A DNA stretch of 64,000 bases from Carcharhinus longimanus (Eukaryota): contig JASCQW010000162.1 of the NCBI GenBank assembly GCA_030264375.1, positions 53,438,982 to 53,502,981 on the forward strand. The letters run 5' to 3'. The notes beneath the pieces are model-generated. The model was not told where the DNA came from. It saw only the letters and a program-made list of their open reading frames with translations, and ran no database searches. Shown one piece after another: positions 26,050 through 37,655 of the stretch. A program made the translations under genes and the position numbers. Position 1 is the stretch's first letter. Each line of letters opens with the position of its first letter.

Positions 26050-26380
26050 ACAGAATAGATTCCCTACATTGCAAAAAGGGACCATTTGGCCTATTGAGTC
26101 TGCACTGACTCTCCAACTGAGCAACCTACCCAGGTCCTATCCCCATAACCCCACATATTTAACCTGTTAATCCTCCTAACTACACATCTTGGGACACTAA
26201 GGAGCAATTTAGCATGACCAATCCACCAAACTTGCACATCTTGGACTGTGGGCAGAAACCCACATAGACGTGGGGAGAATGTGCAAACTCCACATAAGAC
26301 AGTCATTCAAGGCCGCAATCGAACCCAGGTCCCTGGCACTGCAAAGCTATAGTGCTAACCACTGTGCCATTGTGCTGCCC
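26050..26380 (-). mobile_element. HE1/V-SINE-type SINE, near full length
   Basis: Reverse-complement head agtgctaaccactgtgcca; core; tail ggaccatttggcctattgagtctgca. Confidence 0.85.
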
Positions 26381-26699
26381 CAATTATCTAAAGGGTTTCA
26401 TCAGTTACTTATAACTTATTGCTGGTTTGTTCCCTCTGGTTATTACTTTGATTCTGTACGTGGTGCATTCTTGAAGGGTCATCTAGACTTGAAACGGTGA
26501 CTCTATTCTCTCCCCACAATGTTGTCAGACCTACTGAAATTTTCCAGCATTTTCTGTTTTTGTTAGTGCTTTCTATAGTTGAATTGGTATGGTGTGACCT
26601 TCAAGGCTCCTGCACAAACCAGTTGCATGGGTGAACAAGTGGACATTCCCTTGGACTGTGCTATGACTTGACGAGTGAACAGAGGTCACACAGAGCAGG

Positions 26700-28200
26700 A
26701 CAAGCTGCTACAAGTGGGAGGAGGAAGGAATTACAGGCTATTAGCAGTAGACCGTAACTATTCAGGTGTTCAAGGAGTAATTATTCTACCTGAACATCAG
26801 TAAGAGCAATATGTAAGAGGTCAGAACTTTAGCAATGTTGGTCCCATTGAAAGCTTCCACTAGCTATAGCCACAGATCAGGATAAGGATCACAATGATGG
26901 TGATAGTGAAGGTGACAGTCAGGATGACATTCTAAGCAGCTGGTTCCTTTTGTGCTGAAGACATTTCCACCATCTTGTTGTTGCATAAGGAAAATCACTG
27001 AGACATTCTACATAGAAACATAGAAACTAGAAGAAGGAGTAGTCCATTCGGCCTGTCTATCCTGCTCCACCAATCATTTTGATGGCCAGCTATTCATGGC
27101 TGATCAGTGAATTCAATATCCTGATCCTCCCTTTCCCCCGTATCCTTGATCCCTTTAGCCCCAAGAGTGATATCTAATAATGTGGCATCATTACGTTTCG
27201 TTCTCTCTTGTCAGAGACAAGCAATCAGAATGAATATGTACTTGGCTGGGATTGCAGGCTTCCTGATGCTGCAGGAAAGCATTGATTGCACACATATTAC
27301 TTTGTGAGCACCACAGAAATTCTTCCTTATAACACAACTGGAAGGAATTCCACTTTACCCAATTGTCATGCAACCATAGAAAATGAAAGATAGAGGCCAA
27401 TGCCTCATATCCAGCAGCAGTCAGTGGTGCTTTCTATAGTTGGCATTTCACAGTGCCAGCTGTATTTGAATCACTGTACAAACCTAAAGCTGGTTACTGG
27501 GCTAGAAGGACTGTCCGGTGACCACATGATTANNNNNNNNNNNNNNNNNNNNNNNNNNNNNNNNNNNNNNNNNNNNNNNNNNNNNNNNNNNNNNNNNNNN
27601 NNNNNNNNNNNNNNNNNNNNNNNNNNNNNNNNNNNNNNNNNNNNNNNNNNNNNNNNNNNNNNNNNNNNNNNNNNNTATGAATCCAGCACACGCACACACA
27701 CACACGAATCCAGCACACACACANNNNNNNNNNNNNNNNNNNNNNNNNNNNNNNNNNNNNNNNNNNNNNNNNNNNNNNNNNNNNNNNNNNNNNNNNNNNN
27801 NNNNNNNNNNNNNNNNNNNNNNNATGAATCCAGCACACACNNNNNNNNNNNNNNNNNNNNNNNNNNNNNNNNNNNNNNNNNNNNNNNNNNNNNNNNNNNN
27901 NNNNNNNNNNNNNNNNNNNNNNNNNNNNNNNNNNNNNNNNNNNNNNNNNNNNNNNNNNNNNNNNNNNNNNNNNNNNNNNNNNNNNNNNNNNNNNNNNNNN
28001 NNNNNNNNNNNNNNNNNNNNNNNNNNNNNNNNNNNNNNNNNNNCTACTGCACAAAATATGATAGAACAGATCAGTGGCATTCTGAAACAACACTTCCACT
28101 TCCTGGACAACCAAGTCTGGTGTGTTCAACAGGAAGCACCTGAAGATTCATGCTGCACCATCTCGCTAGCAAACTATGCAGCAAATGGCTGAGGAGCCAG
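26700..28200 (+). mobile_element. Decayed HARBI1-like transposase interrupted by a CR1-type 3' tail and a masked CA-rich repeat
   Basis: VIVKVTVRMTF*AAGSF (26900), AGFLMLQESIDCTHITL (27255), WLLG (27492), TAQNMIEQISGILKQHFHFLD (28046). Confidence 0.8.
27533..28043. repeat. CA-rich minisatellite (gaatccagcaca(ca)n), mostly N-masked
   Basis: Visible units atgaatccagcacacgcacacacacacacgaatccagcacacac between N runs. Confidence 0.7.
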
Positions 28201-28779
28201 ACAAGGAGGAAGAGGTGAAAGAAGAAGGGGGAGAGGGGAAAGACAAAGCAGTCTCGATAGCACTTTCTAGCTGGGCTGTCTATGAACTCATCTGGCTGTA
28301 ATACCAGTAACTGTAATTCCAATTCCCCAATCATCAATTGTCTCCACTCTTCTCAAATAAAAGCAACATTCAGTGGATACAGAATATCAGAAATAAAAAC
28401 TAAAAGAAATGGAAAAACTCAACAAAAGCTGTAGAGAGCAAAACGGTTAACATTTCAAGTCCAATATAATTCTTATTTAAAAGAAGAATCTCACAGATTC
28501 AAAATGTTAACTCTGTTTATCCATAGATGCTGTCAGAAATGCTGAGACTCCACCCTTACCATTCGTTGTCACTGACCATCTCACCATCTGCACTCTATAA
28601 TAAAGAAATAACAGCCTCCACAAAATAAACATCCCAAACCAAATTTATAAATTACATTTATCCATTATTACACGCAGAAGTCAATTAATTCCCCTTCTGC
28701 GTTCCCTGCATACCTGTCTTCCATGTGCCTTTGTCTGTTCTAGTACTCCTACACAGCGTTATTGATGCGACTACAGCAA

Positions 28780-29920
28780 GGCTAGTGGAGGCTGCTGACT
28801 TTCAGTGGAGGAGACTGCAGTTACCTTGGAGCAGCTCTGGGTGAAGAAGGCTTGGCTTTGACCGCACCATCTTTGTGTGGGTAACATGTGTCTGGATTGA
28901 CAGACTAAGAGCAAACAGAAAGGTTGTGAAGTGGCAGGACAGGAGGAAGAATGTTATAACTCTGAAAGAAGACAGCAAGTTGGTGCTCCAGCCAGACACA
29001 CTAAGATGTCTCATAGGAATCCAGGCAATCTATGAAAGGGCAGATTAGTTAGACTGTTTGACACCATGCTTGATATCCACAGCAGTAACAGCAGCAGCTT
29101 GCGCCTTCAGGGTAGCAAGCTGACCTTGCAGGACAGAGATCTAAGCTTCCACTGCAACACTCAGACATTGTATGGCTGTTGTCTCTGCTGCAATGCAGGC
29201 TGCAACATTGGCTTTCAGATGTTGCAACATCGTTGGGCCTACACATTAGTTGGGCACCACTTACATTCTATGGAGCATAGACTCCAAGCCTTCTCTCAGG
29301 TTGGTGCTGGACTCCTCTATGTGCCTGAACTTTGACCACAAACCTTCTGGTAGACTTGCCAATGCACCAAGTATTTTGTTTTGCATGCCGGTCAGCATTC
29401 TTCAGTAGGCATTCCCATTGAAGTCTTCATCAGATTCCTCTGCAACAGAACCTGTGTGTGACCATGTCCAATGATGAGTTGGCACCTGGGCTAATATTCT
29501 GCTCTAATCTGACTGCTGCCCGCTCATGCCAAGTATCACGTCATGGGCAGGTCCTATGTTGAATCGATCCTCTAAGATATGTCACTGTCAGTGTTACATC
29601 AGCAGTGACAGTAAATGACCTGGTGGCAACAAGTATAAAATGAAGTGTCAGTGCTGTGTCTGCACCATTGTTCTCTTTTTGGTGTTTTTCCACTGCCTGG
29701 TCAGGTTGTACTGTTAGGTATCTGAAAAGGAACAGATACACGGGTGAGCTTAGGGAATGTGGAGTTGTGCAGGTGTGTATGGAGGTAGGAGTACATACTT
29801 TCACCACCTGCGGCTTGTAAATTAGTAGAAAGTGCATTGACAAGGTTTTTAGATGACCAACTTGGCTGACTTTGTGGTAGCCCATGAGCAGGATTTTATA
29901 TGTTAAAACATTCATCAAGT
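28780..29920 (-). pseudogene. Probable decayed Myb/SANT partner gene of the 26.7-kb Harbinger element
   Basis: Convergent to the transposase; weak ..QC....VVK|gtatgt similarity to the Harbinger Myb exon end, and an acceptor ttccttttcag downstream. Confidence 0.3.
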
Positions 29921-30028
29921 TTGGAATTTTGATCCTGCATTTGTGTCTATATGTCAGTAGAGTTTAATATTTCCACAAACCAAGTGGTTCCCTAACCAGT
30001 CCTCCTCATTTCTGTTGGACACATACAC

Positions 30029-30150
30029 CGCAATTCTACCGCCTCACCCACCATGGAATTGGAGCGGGTGAGGGGCGGATATCAGAAATATCCATTGACC
30101 TCGGGCAGGAATTTTCAGTCTCGCTCAAACAAGGCTGTAAAATCCTACCC
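30029..30150. mobile_element. MITE
   Basis: gcaattctacc ... ccattgacctcgggcaggaatttt ... gtaaaatcctaccc. Confidence 0.6.
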
Positions 30151-30337
30151 AGACTGTCAAACAATAATTCTCATTCCACAAAATTAAGAAATGATAGGAG
30201 ACAAAGGGTGGAATTTCATGTTTTTATTCAAAGTGTAGTCTTGAGTTTAGAAAAGCGAAGGACAGCCTGCCTTACTGGATTTTCTCACCAAAACTTCAAG
30301 GCAGTTGCAAAATAATTGGAAAGGATGGATCCCATAA

Positions 30338-30725
30338 TGTCATGCTGGCTTGGAATGAGCTTGTCCCACCAGAAACCTTGGTCCATAACAGGTCAGAACT
30401 GAAAAAAAATCAAAGAAAGGANNNNNNNNNNNNNNNNNNNNNNNNNNNNNNNNNNNNNNNNNNNNNNNNNNNNNNNNNNNNNNNNNNNNNNNNNNNCCAC
30501 CATCCCTCCAATCCCCGCACTACATGGGAAATGTTGAGTATCAGTTCCTCTGGGAACAGGCAGTGGCTTGCCCAGCTGGAACTCAGTCTTATTATAAGGC
30601 AGGCCCAGGACTGGGCCTGCTGAACTGGAGTCCCAAGCAGGGTAGCGTACATCACAGTAGTGGTTTTACTTTGCATTGTGTAATAAACTATGTTCCTTTC
30701 CAATCGGGCTTCCTGAGCCATTACA
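30338..30725 (+). repeat. 5' LTR of a Gypsy element
   Basis: TGTCAT...TTACA ends, TATA-like ttataagg (~30593), aataaa (~30682), immediately followed by PBS-like TTGGTGATAAGG. Confidence 0.65.
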
Positions 30726-30807
30726 TTGGTGATAAGGAATAAGAAAAGTTTTGGACAGCCTTGCCTTTCAACAAACCAGGTAAAACAGTAACAGGGAGTT
30801 GTTGAAA

Positions 30808-32450
30808 ATGCCACTGTTTGGGAAACTGGAAACTTATGATGCAGGTGTGGAGATTGCCCCCTGTATGAGAATGTGATATTTCTGGGCAAATGGGATAGGA
30901 GAGGGCAACCAGCAAAAAGTCATCCCCCTGACTGCGTTTGAGGCCCTGACTTTCAGCATCATAAAATATTTAACTTAGCTGGCAGCTCCAGATCCAAAAT
31001 CTTTCACCGAATTGGTAGATATGGTATCAGACCACCACGACCCTGAACTGTCTATTACATTGTAGCCCTACAGGTTTAACATGGCAACTAAACTCCCTGT
31101 GGAACCAATCACTGAATTCTTGATGAGGCTGTGAAAATTGACGAAACACTGTGAGTACGGGTCAGCACTTCCGGAAACATTAAGGGATTGTTTAGTATGT
31201 GGAATTAATAATATTGCAACCCAAAGAAAGCTACTGATTTAATCAACGCTGGACATCAAGAAAGCCAAGGAACTGACCTTTTCTTACAAAAGCACAGAAA
31301 AACAGGCCCAGAAGCTTCAGAGGTCCACAGACAGTACTGTCCTCAGCCATGGGTGACTCCCATACCATAGAACCAAGACCACAGAAGATAACTCTCGCAT
31401 CTCCTGTTTGCAACAGAAAGGACGATTGGAGATGGAAGCCATGGGACTCCAGAACTAGACAGGAAGGCTCTCCACAATACAGTGAGGAGTGAGCACATCT
31501 GTGCTGTACTTCTAATCATGGGGTCCACTGCAGACAAGGTTATCAAAATGGGCAAATCATGCACTGCTCAGGCCAAAGGAGGAAGTCACCTCAGGACAGG
31601 TTTTACAAATAAACCTGCCCAAGATGAGGAATTTTTGCAATTAAATTGCATAATCACAGCCATAGTGGCCCTAATCAAGCCTAAACTCCAGGTAAATGGC
31701 TAGCCCATAGACATGGAGGTAAACGTAGGAGCCACTGTTTCTATTATTGGGGAGCAAATTTTTAGGTGACTCCGATTGGGCATTTTGCCTTTAAACTTAT
31801 GGGGTACCAAGGTTAGATTGGCCACAAAAACTGAGGCGCCTGTGCGTATTGTTGGGACCACTATAATTCCATTACGCACAGGAACAAGACCGTCTGACTC
31901 CCCTTATTAGTGGTGGAAGGACCAGGGCCCAACCTTTTGTGAAGGGCCTGGGTATAGGAAATCCACCTGGATAGGCAACAGATCTTTAAAATGGGTACTG
32001 GCAATTTATACAAAGTCATTGAGAAGTACCCCAAAATGTTCCAAGAATGCCTCGGGAAGATTAGATGTGCAAGAGTCAGGATCTACATGGATCCAAAGGC
32101 CCAACCAAAATACTTCAAGGCAAGATCGCTCCCCTATGTGCCAAAGTAGAGGCTGAATTGGAATGTCTAGAGGAACTTCGCATCATATGCCCAGTGCAAT
32201 TTGCTGAATATACCGCAGCAGTAGTCCCAGTTATACAGCCTGACATTTCGGTCCGTCTTTGTGGCGATTATAAGTTGACTTGTCAACACAGCCTCCTGCT
32301 TAGAGAGATATCCCGTGCCACTCATAGACAACTAGTATGCAAGGTTGGTTGGGGTCGCATATTTTCCACATTAGACGTGAACCACACCTGCCTCCAGCAG
32401 GAGTTTGAGGTGTTGTGCCAGAAATATATCACCATAAATACTCACAAAAA
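30808..32450 (+). mobile_element. Decayed Ty3/Gypsy (K02A2.6-like) gag-protease-RT, 3' truncated
   Basis: MPLFGKLETYDAG, KLTKHCEYGSALPETLRDCLVCGINN (gag); QVNG*PIDMEVNVGATVSII (protease); KVEAELECLEELRIICPVQF..VVPVIQPD.SVRLCGDYKLT (RT). Confidence 0.9.
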
Positions 32451-33067
32451 TACTCACATGGGTGGCACAGTGGCACCAAAGCCATTAAAATCCACTGACA
32501 AATATGAACCAGTTTGGAGGGTCACAGATCAAGATTGTGAACAGAAATATGTATGTTAGTTCTTTATGGTATTCAATCAAGCTCCAAGTACAATTCTTTG
32601 GAATAACATGAATATTCCTTTTTCTCAACTATGAAGGCAGTGCAAAGTAAATACTTCACAGAAGTATCTCAACTTCTTGTTGAAATACAGAACTGCCAAC
32701 TTGATTTCAGTTCTTTCCCCTTTCACATCGCTGAAATACGTTGGGCAGAATTTTCTCCAAATATTTCTAAATGTCATAGTGGTGAGAAACATGAGGTGAT
32801 AGGTTAGAGGATTAGTGGGTAAAATATGTATAGATGTGGGGGTAGGGCCTGGGTGACATTGTGGTCGGTGCAAACTCAATGGGACGAATGGCCTCTTTCT
32901 GTATTGTAGGGTTCCTATGATTCCTATGATCTTTGCCGGTCTCTCAGGCACACTTTTGACAGTCACTTTTTTGGAGTGTTCGGAGCTTGACGCTGGCACT
33001 GGGGTAGGGCAGAGACTAAACACGCCGGTGAAACTGGCTTCAGAGCACGGGCCACCATTTCGCAAAG

Positions 33068-33540
33068 ATGAATGCTGAGAGGATGTTCCCTCTCATGAGA
33101 GAACCTAGGACCAGTAGGTATAGTCTCCGAATAAAAGGTTGCCAATTTAGGACTGAGATGAAGAGGAATTCCTTCTCTCAGAGGTTTGAGAGCCTTTGGA
33201 ACTCCTTGCCACAGAGAACTATGGGGGCAGAGTCTTTGGTCGGAATTTTGCCACCCGACCCACCATGGCAATCGGATGGGACGGAACATGAAAAGGTCCG
33301 TTGACCTTGGGTGGGTTTTTACAGTTCCGAGTTGGGCGAGGCTGTAAAATCCTGCCCATTGTGTTTATTTAAGGCTGAGTTAGATTTTTGATCAGCAAGG
33401 GAAACAAATGTTTCGGGGTACGGGCAGGAAAGAGGACGTGAGGAATGCTGGAGCAGCCATGATCCTATTGAATAGTGGAGTAAGGTCAAGGGGCCAAATG
33501 GCCTACTCCTGTTCCTATTACTTACGGTCTTATGGTCCAT
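33068..33540 (+). mobile_element. CR1 3' end with a nested MITE (33240-33357)
   Basis: SLRIKGCQFRTEMKRNSFSQRFESLWNSLPQ; tail gggccaaatggcctactcctgttccta. Confidence 0.85.
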
Positions 33541-34409
33541 TAGCTACCAGGTGAAGACTTGGGTCCCTTTAAATTTCATCTCAACCTGCGTATGTGGTGT
33601 TCAAAATCGAATCTCCTGCAATAACAGCAGTGAGTAGGCCTTGAACCCAAATTATTTAATGATCAAATTGATCATTTTCCCTCAAGGCCCGAGTTCTGAC
33701 AATGAAAGCTTTCTGGTGCTGCCAGACCCACTGATTATGACAAAGAACAAAGAACAACCCAGCATGGGAAACAGCCCCTTCGGCCCAACGAGCCCGTGCT
33801 GCCACCTTAACAAAGCATTTTCCTACACCTACCTTGCCCTGTGTGTATGCGAATGGTAAATGACCATTATTTTCTGTTTTTATTACCCACTTCCAGCATC
33901 CATGACACTTTGCTCTTCAATGAGTTCTGTTGTGTATGGAATTTCTGAATGGAAATGTAGTTGCTAACAATAGGTGTCGTGGGTACAGAAGAGCAATGTA
34001 ATTTTGCAGGTGAGTTAATGCTCACTGCCAGCCATCCCTTTCCCAAACTGTCATATTATTCTACACTCCCACAAAGAATGGTTAGCTGATATTAGCAAAC
34101 AATATTCTTGTGCATTCACATAACAATATTTTTGACATTGATTTTATAAGTTGCAAAGTAAAACTTTGATGCATTTCTCTTGGTTTGTAGTCTGATATCA
34201 AATGCCAGACACACCACTTTCTAAGAGTAGAAAGTTGAACTGCAACCTAAATAGGCCAGTGCAATTTCAAATGCACTTTGAGTGCAATTTCAACTGCATC
34301 TTGCAGCAAATCTATTCAAATGCTTTACTATATGTAACCACCTGAGGATGACAACATTCAACCACTTGCATGCCAGGCTTTAAAATGTCTCCTCTTTAAG
34401 ACACAGAGC

Positions 34410-34945
34410 CATGGACACTGCCCTGGTCACCCTATGAGAGAAAGGATATTATTAAACTTGAAAGAGTGCAGAAGAGATTTACTAGGATGCTACCAGGACT
34501 TGATGATTTGAGTTATAAGGAGAGACGGGATAGACTGGGGCTTTTTTCTCTGGAGCGTAGGAAGCTTAGGGGTGATCTTATAGAGATCTATAAAATGAGG
34601 GCCATGGATCAGCTAGATAGTCAATATCTTTTTCCAAGTTAAGGGGAATCTAAAGTTAGAGGGCATGGGNNNNNNNNNNAGAGCTACAAAACGGTCCAGG
34701 AGGATATTTATTTTCACCCAGAGGGTAGTGAGTGTCTGGAACAAGCTGCCAGAGATAGTAGTAGAAGTGGGTACAATTTTGTCTTTTAAAAAGCATTTAG
34801 ACAGTGACATGCGTAAGGTGGGTATAGAGGGATATGGGCCAAACGCAGGCAATTAGGACTAGCTTAGGGGGTTAAAAAAAAGGGCAGCATGGACAAGTTG
34901 GGCCAAAGGGCCTGTTTCCATGCTTAAACCTCTATGACTCTTTGA
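34410..34945 (+). mobile_element. CR1 3' end
   Basis: KLERVQKRFTRMLPGL, FTQRVVSVWNKLPE; tail gggccaaagggcctgtttccatgct. Confidence 0.9.
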
Positions 34946-37054
34946 CTCATTGCAAACTCCAAAATGCTCAGACTCCATGAAACTCTCCAGTGGAAGAGCT
35001 ATTACTAATAAAGAGCCGACTCCAGCTTCAGTGCACCCTCGCTCCTATACCAGTGCTATCCCTAACATTGATGAATGCTACAATGTGCACTACCAGATCA
35101 TGCTGAAAAGACTTATCGGCTGCCAAAATCACCATTTGCAATGCGAATCATATGTCTCAGTGGGTGCTTAGGTGTTGGGATGCAGAACACTGCAATCCTA
35201 CATTGTAAAAAAAGCTTCTGGCTGCAATCCAGGCAATTACAGGTTGAGAAATGCTCAAAGTTGTAGGCCTGAACTGTGCTGAGTGGGGCAGAGCTTCAGC
35301 AGCATGAAGTGGCATGGTCCTCCATTTGTTAGCCAGCTGAACAGATGTACACTTGGAAAGTCAGAAAAGCAATTGGCAGACAGCAACTCACATGAGTTCT
35401 GAGGATGAGCTCATAGCATGAAAACCCTGCCTGANNNNNNNNNNNNNNNNNNNNNNNNNNNNNNNNNNNNNNNNNNNNNNNNNNNNNNNNNNNNNNNNNN
35501 NNNNNNNNNNNNNNNNNNNNNNNNNNNNNNNNNNATATGACCCACCCCTCCGGGCATAAACACATCTTTCCTCGTACACCACTCCTTCACCTTTCAAGAA
35601 TGCAGACGAGATAGGAGAACACCTCTTCCTCAGTTTTACAGAGCAAAAAATAAACATGATGGGAGGAATTCTCCTATTTTGGGACTAAGTGCAGTGGTAT
35701 GTGGCTCTGGCAGCACTTTACCTGCCAAGCAAAATAGCAGGATCCTTCACCAGATTCAGAACTTGGAGCCTTATTAATTATGCAAAAGTGAGTTCCCCTC
35801 TGAGTCGCTGGCTGGCGGCAGCTGATTCGTTTGTTCGCCATCAGCTGATGGGTTCAAGAGTCCTGGTGCCATATTTAAACACCAGTCCAGCACATTCATA
35901 TCACCCTCTCCAGCCCAGCTGTTTTTACTAGACTGAGCAGAATGTCAGCAAGCCGGAGGGAAAAGACTAACAGCCTCAGGGAGAAAGCTGTTCCTTAATT
36001 CAACCTCCTTCCACCCTGAGCCGATCACCTTCAAGGCTCCCATGTTCCACTTGGACCTCCACCCACCACATCTGGAGTCTTCCAGTAACCAATGTGATAT
36101 CCCTTTGACCCCCTCATTTGCGAGCTTTGCCCCCACCTGTCTTTGTCAGGTCACTTCCTTCAACCTCCTCCCACTGACCTCACCTTGCATGCCGCCCCCA
36201 GTTGAACTTTGGATCATAGTTGCAATGGCTGCTTGAGTCCCACGGCTCGGTGCTGTCCAGATAGACACTGGTGTATGGAAGGAGACTCCTGTGCAATCCA
36301 ACCCCAGGCACAGTACTGATCTGAGACAGTAACACAAGAGAGTCCATCGGTCCAGCTGCACGGTCCATGAAGACCAGTTTGGCGTGGAGATTGTGGGCAG
36401 AAACTGATTTGCACCGGCAGAATGGTGAACAGTGGATCAGCAGCAGTGTAGCACTAAGGCAGAAGGATTTGTAACACTTACCTCAAAGTCTCTGTCAAAC
36501 TGAGGACTGCCTTGTGCACGCCACTCTTTAGCAATGAGTTTGCCAGATTCTCTACATCCGTCTATCATCAAGCTCACCATGAGTGGGCTGGGAGAATTCT
36601 GTCCAACTTGACCTTGCAAAGCTAGTGAATGAGGTTCCTTTCACTGGCACACTTAACATGATGATCAAAACGGATCTTAATAAAGGGTCATGATGTGAAT
36701 GAGGAATACCATGGGTGGGGTGTTTACTGGGGGTGTGGGAGTCCCTCATGGGGTAGGGCATGTGGACTGAATCCTGTGCGGCACTCGGTCTGGGTACTTA
36801 ACACAGCTATGCTGAAGCTAGAAGTTTCTTCTAGCTTTTTCAGAGTAACTGTTATTGTAACACTGGCAGAACCACCCAAAGTTAGTGACTTAAATCGCTT
36901 TGTTGGATGGTTCCCAGCACCGTGCATTTGTCCAAGGGAAGTTGGCTCTTGTGGACAATTGTCACATAAACCCTTACCTGGGAACGTCCAGGGGGGATTT
37001 CCCAGCTCATCCTGGTGCCCCCCCAATCCAATGCTGAGGAATCAGGAGGTTCGC

Positions 37055-37655
37055 GTTCATTTTGAGAGGACTAGAATACAAAAACAGGGACGTACTGCTG
37101 AGCCTTTATAAGGCTCTGCTCAGATCACATTTGGAGTATGGTGAGCAATTTTGAGCACCGTATCTAAAGGAGCATGTGTTGACCTTGGAGAGGATGTTCA
37201 CGAGAATGATCACAGGAACGAAAGGTTTGACGTACGAAAAGCGTTTGAGGACTCTGGTTCTATACTTGATGGAATTTAGAAGGATGAGGACAGAACTCAT
37301 TGAAACTTACAGAATATTGAGAGGCCTGGATATAGTGGCCATGGGGAAGATGTTTCCATTAGTAGGAGAGACTGGGATCTGCGAGTACAGTCTCAGAATA
37401 TAGAAACAAGATGAGGTGGAATTTCTTCAATCAGAGAGTGGTGAATCTGTGGAATTCATTGCCACAGAAGGCTGTGGAAGCCACTTCAGTGAGTACATTT
37501 AAGAGAGAGATAGATAGGTTCTTGATTGGTAAGGGGGTCAAAAGTTACAGGGAAAATGCAAGAGAATGGGGTTAAGAAACATATCAGCTATGATCGAACA
37601 GTGGAGGAGACTTGACGGGCTAAACAGCCTAATTTTCCTCCGATATTTTATGATC
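37055..37655 (+). mobile_element. CR1 3' end
   Basis: LYKALLRSHLEYGEQF*APYL, FTRMITG, RVVNLWNSLPQ. Confidence 0.9.

Noticed and set aside
36724-37026. 100-aa ORF (- strand)
   Set aside because: No recognisable domain; lies among repeat fragments.
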